Shown one piece after another: positions 1 through 12,000 of a stretch of 64,000 bases of DNA. Under the pieces are notes generated by a model. That model did no database searches. It was not told the DNA's origin and was given only the letters and a program-made list of their open reading frames with translations. This DNA is from Pocillopora damicornis (taxonomy: Eukaryota). Made by a program: the position numbers and the translations under genes. Position 1 is the stretch's first letter. The number at the start of each line of letters is the position of its first letter. Location: the NCBI RefSeq assembly GCF_003704095.1, contig NW_020846005.1, positions 1-64,000 on the forward strand, given 5' to 3'.

Positions 1-3000
1 CTACATTCAGTGTGAGCAGAGAAAGCCACAGATCGTCATCGCTAATAGTAGCCTCCAGTCTCTCCAGTCTGCCGTCAGAGCACAGCACAGTCAAAATGTC
101 TTCAGAGAGATCAGAGTTCGTGTCACCTTCATTGCTTGTGCCATCGTCCACTGTGGGTAGTAGGAGAGAAAGCAGCAGCTCCCGGTTAGCAACAATAGAG
201 GCCAGTGTGACATCAGAACAAAGCACACTGAGAGCATCTTTAGAAATCTCGTTGGCAGTATCACCCTCGTCAGTTGCGTCCTTGTCGACTTTTGTTGTTA
301 GCAGAGAGACCAAGAGATCGTCATCAGCACATTTAGTGTCCAGGGTGGCATCAAGGCAAAGCACAGTTGGACAGTCTTTTGCAAGTTCAATGCTGCTGTC
401 ACCATCATCTGTTGCAGTATTGTCGATTGATGGTATTAGCAGGGGAAGCAGCAGGCCCTTATCACCACTAATAGTGTCCAGTTTGGCAGCGGGTGAGAGT
501 ACAGTGAAGGCGTCTTCAGAAAGTTCATTGCTGAAAGTACCATCCTCGGTCGTGAAATCGTCGTCTTTTGATGTGAGCAGTTCAATCAATGTATCCTTAT
601 CCTCCATAGTAGTATCCAGTAAGACTTCAGAGCAAAGGACAGTTGAGGTGTCGTCAGAAAGGTCAGTATTGGGATCACCTTTATCGGTAGCATTTTCGTC
701 TACTTTGAGTCTGAGCAGAGAAAGCCAGAGATCGTCATCTTTAATAGTAGCCTCCAGTCTCTCCAGTCTGCCATCAGGGCACAGCACAGTCAAACTGTCT
801 TCAGAGAGATCAGAGTTCGTGTCACCTTCATTGCTTGTGCCATCGTCCACTGTGGGTAGTAGCAGAGAAAGCAGCAGCTCCCTGTTTGCAACAATAGAGT
901 CTAGTGTGACAACAGAACAAAGCACACTGAGAGCATCTTCAGAAAGCTCGTTGTCAGTATCACCATCGTCAGTTGTGTCCTTTTCGACACTTGTTGTTAG
1001 CAGAGAGAGCAAGAGATCGTCATCAGCAGTTTTAGTCTCCAGTGTGGCATCAAAGCAAAGCACAGTTGCACAGTCATTTGGTAGTTCATTGCTGCTGTTA
1101 CCATCATCGGTTGCAGTATTGTCGACTGATGGTATTAGCAGGGAAAGCAGCAGGTCATTATTACCACTAATAGTGTCCAGTTTGGCATCGGATGAGAGTA
1201 CCGTGAAGGTGTCTTCAGAGATCTCATTGCTGGAAGTACCATCCTCACAAATGAAATCGTCGACTTTTGATGTGAGCAGTGCAATCAGTGTATACNNNNN
1301 NNNNNNNNNNNNNNNNNNNNNNNNNNNNNNNNNNNNNNNNNNNNNNNNNNNNNNNNNNNNNNNNNNNNNNNNNNNNNNNNNNNNNNNNNNNNNNNCTGGA
1401 GAGACTGGAGGCTACTATTAAAGATGACGATCTCTGGCTTTCTCTGCTCGCACTGAAAGTAGACGAAAATGCTAGCGATAAAGGTGATCCGAATACTGAC
1501 CTTTCTGACGACACCTCAACTGTCCTTTCCTCTGAAGTCTTACTGGATACTACTATGGANNNNNNNNNNNNNNNNNNNNNNNNNNNNNNNNNNNNNNNNN
1601 NNNNNNNNNNNNNNNNNNNNNNNNNNNNNNNNNNNNNNNNNNNNNNNNNNNNNNNNNNNNNNNNNNNNNNNNNNNNNNNNNNNNNNNNNNNNNNNNNNNN
1701 NNNNNNNNNNNNNNNNNNNNNNNNNCAACCGATGATGGTGACAGCAGCAATGAACTAGCAAAAGACTGTCCAACTGTGCTTTGCTTTGATGCCACACTAA
1801 AGACTAAAACTGCTGATGACGATTTCTTGCTCTCTCTGCTAAGAAAAGAAGTCGATAAGGACACAACTGACGATGGTGATACTGGCAACAAGCTTTCTGA
1901 AGATGCTCTCAGTGTGCTTTGTTCTGCTGTCACACTAGACTCTATTGTTGCAAACAGGGAGCTGCTGCTTTCTCTGCTACTACCCACAGTGGACGATGGC
2001 ACAAACAATGAAGGTGACACGAACTCTGATCTCTCTGAAGACAGTTTGACTGTGCTGTGCTCTGATGGCAGACTGGACAGACTGGAAACTACTATTGAAG
2101 ATGTCGATCTCTGGCTTTCTCTGCTCAAACTCAAAGTAGGCAAAAATGCTACCGATAAAGGTGATCCCAACACTGACCTTTCTGATGACACCTCAACTGT
2201 CCTTTGCTCCGAAGTGTTACTGGATTCCACTATGGAGGATGGAGATACACTGATTGAACTGCTCACATCAAACGTCGACGATTTCATTACCGAGGATGGC
2301 CCTTCCAGCAATGACTTCTCTGAAGACGCCTTCACTGTACTCTCATCCGATGCCAAACTGGACACTATTACTGGTGATAACGATCTGCTGCTTTCCCTGC
2401 TAATATAATCACTCGACAATACTGCAACCGATGATGGTGACAGCAGCATTGAACTTGCAAAAGACTGTCCAACTGTGCTTTGCTTTGATGCCACACTGGA
2501 GACTAAAACTGCTGATGACGATCTCTTGCTCTCTCTGCTAACAACAAAAGTCGACAAGGACGCAACTGACGATAGTGATACTGGCAACAAGCTTTCGAAA
2601 GATGCTCTCAGGGTGCTTTGTTCTGATGTCACACTGGACTCTCTTGTTGCTAACAGGGAGCTGCTGCTTACTGTGCTACTACCCACAGTGAATAATGGCA
2701 CAAGCAGTGAGGGTGACACGAACTCTGATCTTTCTGAAGACAGTTTCACTGTGCTGTGCCCTGATGGCAGACTGGACAGACTGGAAGCTACTATTGAATA
2801 TGACGATCTCTGGCCTTCTCTGCTCACACTCAAACTAGGCGAAAATGCTACCGATGAAGGTGATCCTAACACTGACCTTTCTGATGAAACCTCCACCGTC
2901 CTTTCCTCCGATGTCTTACTGGATACCACTATGGAGGATGGGGATACACTGATTGGACTGCTTACATCAAAAGTCAACGATTTCACTAACGAGGATGGCC

Positions 3001-6000
3001 CCTCCAGCAGTGACCTCACTGAAAATGCCTTCTCTGTACTCTCATCTGATGCAAAACTGGACNNNNNNNNNNNNNNNNNNNNNNNNNNNNNNNNNNNNNN
3101 NNNNNNNNNNNNNNNNNNNNNNNNNNNNNNNNNNNNNNNNNNNNNNNNNNNNNNNNNNNNNNTTCCAGTCTGTCCAGTCTGCCATCAGGGCACAGCACAG
3201 TGAAACTGTCTTCAGAGAGATCAGAGTTCGTGTCACCCTCACTGCTTGTGCCATCGTCCACCATGGGTAGTATCACAGTAAGCAGCAGCTCCCTGTTAGC
3301 AACAAGAGAGTCCAGTGTGACATCAGTAGAAAGCACAGTGAGAGCATCTTTAGAAAGCTCGTTGCCAGTATCCCCATTGTCAGTTGCGTCCTTGTCGACT
3401 TTTTTTGTTAGCAGAGAGAGCAAGAGATCTTCATCAGCAGTTTTAGTCTTCAGTGTGGCATCAAAGCAAAGCACAGTTGGACAGTCTTTTCCAAGTTCAT
3501 TGCTGTTGTCACCATCATCGGCTGCAATATTGTCGACGGATGGTATTAGCAGGGAAAGCAGCAGATCGCTATCACCAGTAATAGTGTCCGGTTTGGCATC
3601 GGATGAGAATACAGTAAAGACGTCTTCAGAGAAGTCATTGCTGGAAGGGCCATCCTCGATAGTGAAATCGTCAACTTTTTATGTGAATAGTGCAATCAGT
3701 GTATCCCCATCCTCCATAGTGATATCCAGTAAGATTTCGGAGGAAAGTACAGTTGATGTGTCATCAGAAAGGTCAGTGTTGGGATCACCTTCATCGGTAG
3801 CATTTTCGCCTACTTTGAGTGTGAGCAGAGAAAGGCAGAGATTGTCATCTTCAATAGTAGCTTCCAGTCTGTCCAGTCTGCCATCAGAGCACAGCACAGT
3901 CAAACTGTCTTCAGAGAGATCAGAATTCGTGTCACCTTCATTGCTCTTGTCACTGTCCACTGTAGTTAATAGAAAAGAAAGCAGCAGCTTCCTGTTAGCA
4001 ACAATAGACAGTAAGACATCAGAACAAAGCACACTCAGAGCATCTTTAGAAAGCTCGTTGCCGGTATCACCATCGTCAGTTACGTCCTTGTCGACTTTTG
4101 TTTTTAGCACAGAGAGGAAGAGATTGTCATCAGCAGTTTTAGTCTCCACTGTGGCATCCAAGCACAGCACAGTTGCACAGTCTTTTGCAAGTTCATTGCT
4201 GCTGTCACCATCATCGGTTGCAGTATTGTCGACTGATGGTATTAGCAGGGAAAGCAGCAGATCGTTATCGCCAGTAATAGAGTCCAGTTTGGCATCGGAT
4301 GAGAGTACAGTGAAGGCGTCTTCAGAGAGGTCATTGCTGGAAGCGCCATCCTCGGTCCTGAAATTGTCGACTTTTGATGTGAGCAGTGCAATCAGTGTAT
4401 CCCCATCTTCTATAGTGGAATTCAGTAAGACTTCAAAGCAAAGGACAGTCGAGGTGTCATCAGAAAGGTCAGTGTTGGGATCACCTTCATCGCTAGCATT
4501 TTCGCCTACTGTGGGTGTGAGCAGACAGAAGCAGAGATCGTCATCTTCACTAGTAGCTTCCAGTCTGTCCAGTCTGCCATCAGGGCACAGCACGGTGAAT
4601 CTGTCTTCAGAGAGATCAGAGTTCGTGTCACCTTCATTTCTTGTGCCATCATCCAGTGTGGTTAGTGCCAGAGAAAGTAGCAGCTCCCAGTTAGCAAGAA
4701 AAAAGTCCAGTGTGACATCAGAACAAAGCACATTGAGAGCATCTTTAGAAAGCTCATTGCCAGGATCACCATCCTCAGTTGCGTCCTTGTCGACTTTTGT
4801 TGTTAACAGAGAGAGCAAGAGATCGTCATCAGCAGTTTTAGTCTCTAGTGTGGCATCAAAGCAAAGCTCAGCTGGACAGTCTTTTGTAAGTTTAATCCTG
4901 CTGTCACCATCATCGGTTGCAGTATTGTCGACTGATGGTATTAGCAGGGAAAGCAGCAGATTGCTATCACCAGTAATAGTGTCTAGTCTGGCATCGGATG
5001 AGAGTACAGTGGAGGCGTCTTCAGAGAGGTCATTGCTGGAAGCACCATCGTCGGTAGTGATATCGTCGACGTTTGATGTGAGCAGTGCAGTCAGTGTATC
5101 CCCAGCCTCCGTAGTGGTATCCAGTAAGACTTCAGAGGAAAGGACAGTTGAGGTGTCATCAGAAAGATCAGTGTTGAGATCACATTCATCGGTAGTATTT
5201 TCGCCTACTTTCAATGTGAGCAGAGAAAGCCAGAGATCGTCATCTTCAACAGTGGCTTCCAGTGTCTTCAGTCTGCCGTCAGTGCACAGCGCAGTCAAAG
5301 TGTCTTCAGAGAGATCAGAGTTCGTGTCACCTTCACTGCTTGTGCCATCGTCCACTGTGGGTAGTAGCAGAGAAAGCAGCAGCTCCCTGTTAGGAACAGT
5401 AGAGTCCAGTGTGACATCAGAAAAAAGCGCACCGAGATCATCTTTACAAAGCTCGTTGCCAGTATCACCATCGTCAGTTGCGTCCTTGTCGACTTTTGTT
5501 GTTAGCAGAGAGAGCAAGAGATCGTCATCAGCAGTTTTAGTCTCTAGTGTGGCATCAAAGCAAAGCTCAGCTGGACAGTCTTTTGTAAGTTTAATCCTGC
5601 TGTCACCATCATCGGTTGCAGTATTGTCGTCCGATGGTATTAGCAAGGAAAGCAGCAGATTATTATCACCAGTAATAGTGTCCAGTTTGGGATCGGATGA
5701 GGGTATAGTGAAGGCGTCTTCAGAGAGGTCATTGCTGGAAACGCCATCCTTGGCAGTGAAATCGTCGACTTTTGATGTGAGCAGTGCGATCAGTGTATTC
5801 CTATCCTCCATAGTGGTATCCAGTAAGACATCGGAGCAAAGGACAGTTGAGGTGTCATCAGAAAGGTCAGTGTTGGGATCTCCTTCATCGCTAAAATTTT
5901 TGCCTACTTTAAGTGTGAGCAGAGAAAGCCAGAGATCGTCATCTTCAATAGTAGCCTCCAATCTGTCCAGTCTTCCATCAGGGTACAGCACAGCTAAATT

Positions 6001-9000
6001 CTCTTCAGAGAGATCAGAGTTCGTGTCACCTTCACTGCTTGCGCCATCGTCGACTGTGGGTAGTAGTAGAGAAAGCAGCAGCTCTTTGTTAGCAACAATC
6101 GAGTCTAGTGTGACATCAGAAAAAAGCACACTGAGATTATCTTTAGAAAGCTCGTTGCCAGTATCACCATCGTCAGTTGCGTCATTGTCGACTTTTGTTG
6201 TTAGCACAGAGAAATCGTCATTGGCAGTTTTAGTCTCCAGTTTGATATCAAAGGAAAGCACAGTTGGACAGTCTTTAGCAAGGTCATTGCTGTTGTCACC
6301 ATCATCGGTTGCAGCATTGTTGACTGATGGTATTAGCAAGGAAAGCAGGAAATCGTTATCACCAGTAATAGTGTCTAGTTTGGCATCGGATGAGAGTACA
6401 GTAAAGGCGTCTTTAGAGGGATCATTGCTGGAAGTGCCATCCTCGGCAGTGAAATTGTCGACTTTTGATGTGAGCAGTGCAATCAGTGTATCCCCATTTT
6501 CCTTAGTGGTATCCAGTAACACTTCGGAGGAAAGGACAGTTGAGGTGTCATCAGAAAGGTCAGTGTTAGGATCACCCTCATCGCTAACATTTTCTCCTAC
6601 TTTGAGTGTGAGCAGAGAAAGCCAGAGATCGTCATCTTCAATAGTAGCTTCCAGTCTGTCCCGTCTGCCATCAGAGCACAGCACAGTCAAACTGTCTTCA
6701 GAGAGATCACAGTTCATGTCATCTTCATTGCTTCTGCCATCGCCCTTTATGGGTAGTAGCAGACAAAGCAGCAGCTCCCTGTTAGCAACAATAGAGTCCC
6801 GTGTGACATCAGAAGAAAGCACACTGAGAGCATTTTTAGAAAGCTCGCTGACAGTATCACCATCGTCAGTTGCGTCCTTATCGACTTTTGTTGTGAGCAG
6901 AGAGAGCAAGAGATCGTCAACAATACCTTTAGTCTCCAGCGGGGCATCGAAGCAAAGCACAGTTGAACAGTCTTTTGCAAGTTCATTGCTGCTGTCACCA
7001 TCATCAATTGCAGTATTGTCAACTGATAGCATTAGCATGGAAAGCAGCAGATCCTTATCACCAGTAATAGTGTCCAGTTTGGCATCGGATGAGAGTACAG
7101 TGAAGGCCTCTTCAGAGAGGTCATTGCTGCATGCGTCATCCTCGGCAGTGAAATCGTCGACTTTTGATGTGAGCAGTGCAATCAGTGTATCCCCATCCTC
7201 CATAGTGGTATCCAGTGAGACCTCGGAGCAAAGGACAGTTGAGGTGTCATCAGAAAGGTCGGTGTTGGGATCACCTTCATTGCTAACATTTTTGCCTACT
7301 TTAAGTGTGAGCAGAGAAAGTCAGAGATCGTTATCTTCAATAGTAGCTTCCAGTCCTTCCAGTCGGCAATCAGGGCACAGAACAGTCAAACTGTCTTCAG
7401 AGAGATCAGAGTTCGTGTCACCTTCACTGCTTGTGCCATCGTCCTCTGTGGTTAGTAGCAGAGAAAGCAGCATCTCTCCGTTAGCAACAATAGATTCCAG
7501 TGTGACATCAGAGGAAAGTACACTGAGATCATCTTTAGAAAGCTCATTGCCGGTATCACCATCGTCAGTTATGTCCTTGTCGACTTTTGTTGTTAGCAGA
7601 GAGAGGACGAGATCGTCATCAGCAGCTTTAGTCTCCAGTGTGGCATCAAAGCAAACAAAAGTTGGACAGTCTTCTGCAAGGTCATTGCTGCTGTCGCCAC
7701 CATCGGTTGCAGTATTGTCGACTGATGGTATTAGCAGGGAAAGCAGCAGATTGTTATCACCGGCAGTAGTGTCCAGTTTGGCATCTGACGAGAGTACAGC
7801 GAAGGCGTCTTCAGAGACGTCATTGCTGGAAGGGCCATCCTCGGTAGTAAAATCGTCGACTTTTGATGTGAGCAGTGCAATCAGTGTATCCCCATCCTCC
7901 ATAGTTGTATCCAGTAAGACATTGGAGCAAAGGACAGTTGAGGTGTCATCCGAAAGGTCAGTGTTAGTATCACCTTTATTGCTAACATTTCCACCTACTT
8001 TGAGTGTGAGCAGAGAAAGACAAAGATGGTCATCTTCAATAGTAGCTTCCAGTCTGTCTAGTCTGAAATCAGAGCACAGCACAGTTGAACTGTCTTTAGA
8101 GAGATCAGAGTTCGTGTCACCTTCATTGCTTGTGCGATCGTCCACTGTGGGTGTTAGTAAAGAAAGCAGGAGCTCCCTGTTAGGAACAATAGAGTCCAGT
8201 GTGACATCAGAACAAAGCACACTGAGAACATCTTTAAAAAGCTCATTGCCAGTACCACCATCGCCAGTTGTGTCATTGTCGACTTTTGTTGTTAGCAGAG
8301 AGAGGAAGAGATCGTCATCAGCAGTTATAGTCTCCAGTGTGGCATCAAAGCAAAGTAGAGTTGGACAGTCTTTTGAAAGTTCATTGCTGCTGTCACCATC
8401 ATCGGTTGCAGTATTGTCGACTGATGGTATTAACATGAAAAGCAGCAGATCGTTATCACCGGTAATAGTGTCAGGTTTCCCATCGGATGAGAGTACAGTG
8501 AAGGCATCTTCAGAGAAGTCATTGCTGAAAGGGTCATCCTTGTTAGTGAAATCGTCGACTTTTGATGTGAGCAGTTCAATCAGTGTATCCTCATCCTCCA
8601 TGGTGGTATCCAGTAAGACATCGGAGCAAAGGACAATTGAGGTGTCATCAGAAAGGTCAGTGTTGGGATCACCTTCATCGCTAGCATTTTTGTCTATTTT
8701 TAGTGTGGGCAGAGAAAGCCAGATATTGTCATCTTCAATAATAGCTTCCAGTCTGTCCAGTCTGCCATCAGGGTACAGCACAGTCAAACTGTCTTCAGAG
8801 AGATCAGAGTTCGTGTCACTTTCATTGATTGTGCCATCGTCCACTCTGGGTAGTAGGAGAGAAAGAAGTAGCTCCCTGTTAGCAACTATAGATGCCAGTG
8901 TGGCATCAGAAGAAAGCACACTGAGAGCATCTTTAGAAAGCTCGTTGCCAGTATCACCATCGTCAGTGGCGTCCTTGTCGACTTTTTTTGTTAGCAGAGA

Positions 9001-12000
9001 GAGCAAGAGATCGTCATCAGCAGTTTTAGTTTCCAGTGTGGGATCAAGGCAAAGCACAGTTGGACAGTCTTTTGCAAGTTCATTGCTGCTGTCACCATCA
9101 TCGGTTGCAGTATTGTCGACTGATGGTATTAGGAAGGAAAGAAGCAGATCGTTATCACCAGTAATAGTGTTTAGTTTGGCATCAGATGAGAGTACAGTGA
9201 AGGCGTCTTCAGAGGGGTCATTGCTGGAAGTGCCATCCTCGGTAGTAAAATCGTCGACTTTTTATGTGAGCAGTGCAATCAGTGTATCCCCATCCTCCAT
9301 AGTGGTATCCAGTGAGACTTCGGAGGAAGCGACACTTGAAGTTTTATCCGAAAGATCAATGTTGGGATCACCTTCATCGGTAGCATTTTCGCCTAATTTG
9401 AGTGTGAGCAGAGAAAGCCAGAGATTGTCATCTTCAATAGTAGCCTCCAGTCTTGCCAGTCTCTCACGTCTGTCCAGTCTGCCATCAGAGCAAAGCACAG
9501 TCAAGCTGTCCTCAGAGAGATCAGAGTTGGTGTCACCTTCATTGCTTTTGCCATCGTCCACTGTGGGTAATAGGAGAGTAAGAACCAGCTCCCTGTTAGC
9601 AACATTAGAGTCCCATGTGATATCCGAAGAGAGCACATTGAGAGCATCTTTAGAATATTCGTTGCCAGTATCACCATCGCCAGTTGCGTCATTGTCGACT
9701 TTTGTTGTTAGCGGAGAGAGCAAGAGATCGTCATCAGCAGTTTTAGTTTCCAGTGTGGCATCAAGGCAAAGCACAGTTGGACAGTCTTTTGCAAGTTCAT
9801 TGCTGCTGTCACCNNNNNNNNNNNNNNNNNNNNNNNNNNNNNNNNNNNNNNNNNNNNNNNNNNNNNNNNNNNNNNNNNNNNNNNNNNNNNNNNNNNNNNN
9901 NNNNNNNNNNNNNGATGACCCTTTCAGCAATGACTTCTCTGAAGATGTCTTCACTGTACTCTCATCCGATGGGAAACTTGACACTATTACCGGTGATAAC
10001 GATCTGCTGCTTTTCATGCTAATACCATCAGTCGACAATACTGCAACCGATGATGGTGACAGCAGCAATGAACTTTCAAAAGACTGTCCAACTGTACTTT
10101 GCTTTGCTGCCACACTGGAGACTAAGACTGCTAATGACGATCTCTTGCTCTCTCTGCTAACAACAAAAGTCGACAATGACGCAACTGGCGAAGGTGATAC
10201 TGGCAACGAATTTTCTAAAGATGCTCTCAATGTGCTTTCTTCGGATATCACAACGGACTCTATTGTTGCTAACAGGGAGCTGGTACTTACTCTCCTATGA
10301 CCCACAGTGGACGATGGCAAAAGCAATGAAGGTGACACCAACTCTGATCTCTCTGAGGACAGCTTGACTGTGCTTTGCTCTGATGGCAGACTGGACAGAC
10401 GTGAGAGACTGGACAGACTGGAGGCTACTATTGAAGATGACGATCTCTGGCTTTCTCTGCTCACACTCAAATTAGGCGAAAATGCTACCGACGAAGGTGA
10501 TCCCAACATTGATCTTTCGGATAAAACTTCAACTGTCGTTAGCTCCGAAGTCTCACTGGATACTACTATGGAGGATGGGGATACACTGATTGCACTGCTC
10601 ACATAAGAAGTCGACGATTTCACTACCAAGGATGGCGCTTCCAGCAATGACCCCTCTGAAGACGCCTTCACTGTACTCTCATCCGATGCCAAACTGGACA
10701 CTATTACTGGTGATAACACTCTGCTGCTTTCCCTGCTAATACTATCACTCGACAATACTGCAACCGATGATGGTGACAGCAGCAATGAACTTGCAAAAGA
10801 CTGTCCAACTGTGCTTTGCTTTGATGTCACACTGGAGACTAAAACTGTTGATGACAATGTCTTGCTCTCTCTTCTAACACCAAAGGTCGACGAGGACGAA
10901 AGTGACGATGGTGATACTGGCAATAAGCTTTCTAAAGATGATCTCAGTGTGCTTTCTTCTGATGTCACACTAGAATCTATTGTTGCTAACAGAGAGCTCC
11001 TGATTTCTCTGCTACTACCCAGAGTGGACGATGGCACAAGCAATGAAGGTGACACGAACTCTGATCTCTCTGTAGACAGTTTGACTGTGCTGTGCCCTGA
11101 TGGCTGACTAGAGAAACTGGAAGCTACTATTGAAGATGACGATTTCTGGTTTTCTCTGCTCACCCTTAGAGTAGGCAAAAATGTTAGCAATGAAGGTGAT
11201 CCCAACACTGACCGTTCTGATGACACCACAATTGTCCTTTGCTCCGAAGTTTCACTGGACACCACTATGGAGAACAGGGATACACTGATTGCACTGCTCA
11301 CATCAAAAGTCGACGATTTCACTGCCGAGGATGACGCTTCCAGCAATGACCTCTTTGAAGAGGCCTTCACTGTACTCTCATCTGATGCCAAACTGGAGAC
11401 TATTACTGGTAATAACGATCTACTGCTTTCCCTGCTAAAACCATCAGTCGACAATACTGCAACTGATGATGGTGACAGCAGCAATGAACTTCCAAAAGGC
11501 TGTCCAACTGTGCTTTGCTTTGATGCCACGCTGAAGACTAAAGCTACTGATGACGACCTCTTGCTCTCTCTGCTTACAACAAAAGTCAACAAGGACGCAA
11601 CTGACGATGGTGATACTGGCAGCGAGCTTTCTAAAAATGCTCTCAGTGTACTTTCTTCTGATGNNNNNNNNNNNNNNNNNNNNNNNNNNNNNNNNNNNNN
11701 NNNNNNNNNNNNNNNNNNNNNNNNNNNNNNNNNNNNNNNNNNNNNNNNNNNNNNNNNNNNNNNCAAACTGTCTTCAGAGAGATCAAAGTTCGTGTCACCT
11801 TCATTGCTTGTGCCATCGTCCAGTGTGGGTAGTAGCAGAGAAAGCAGCAGCTCCCTGTTAGCAACAATAGAGTCCAGTGTGACATCAGAACAAAGCACAC
11901 TGAGAGCATCTTTAGAAAGCTCGTTGCCAGTATCACCTTCGTCAGTTGCGTCCTTGTGGACTTTAGTTGTTAGCAGAGAGAGCAACAGATCGTCATCAGC

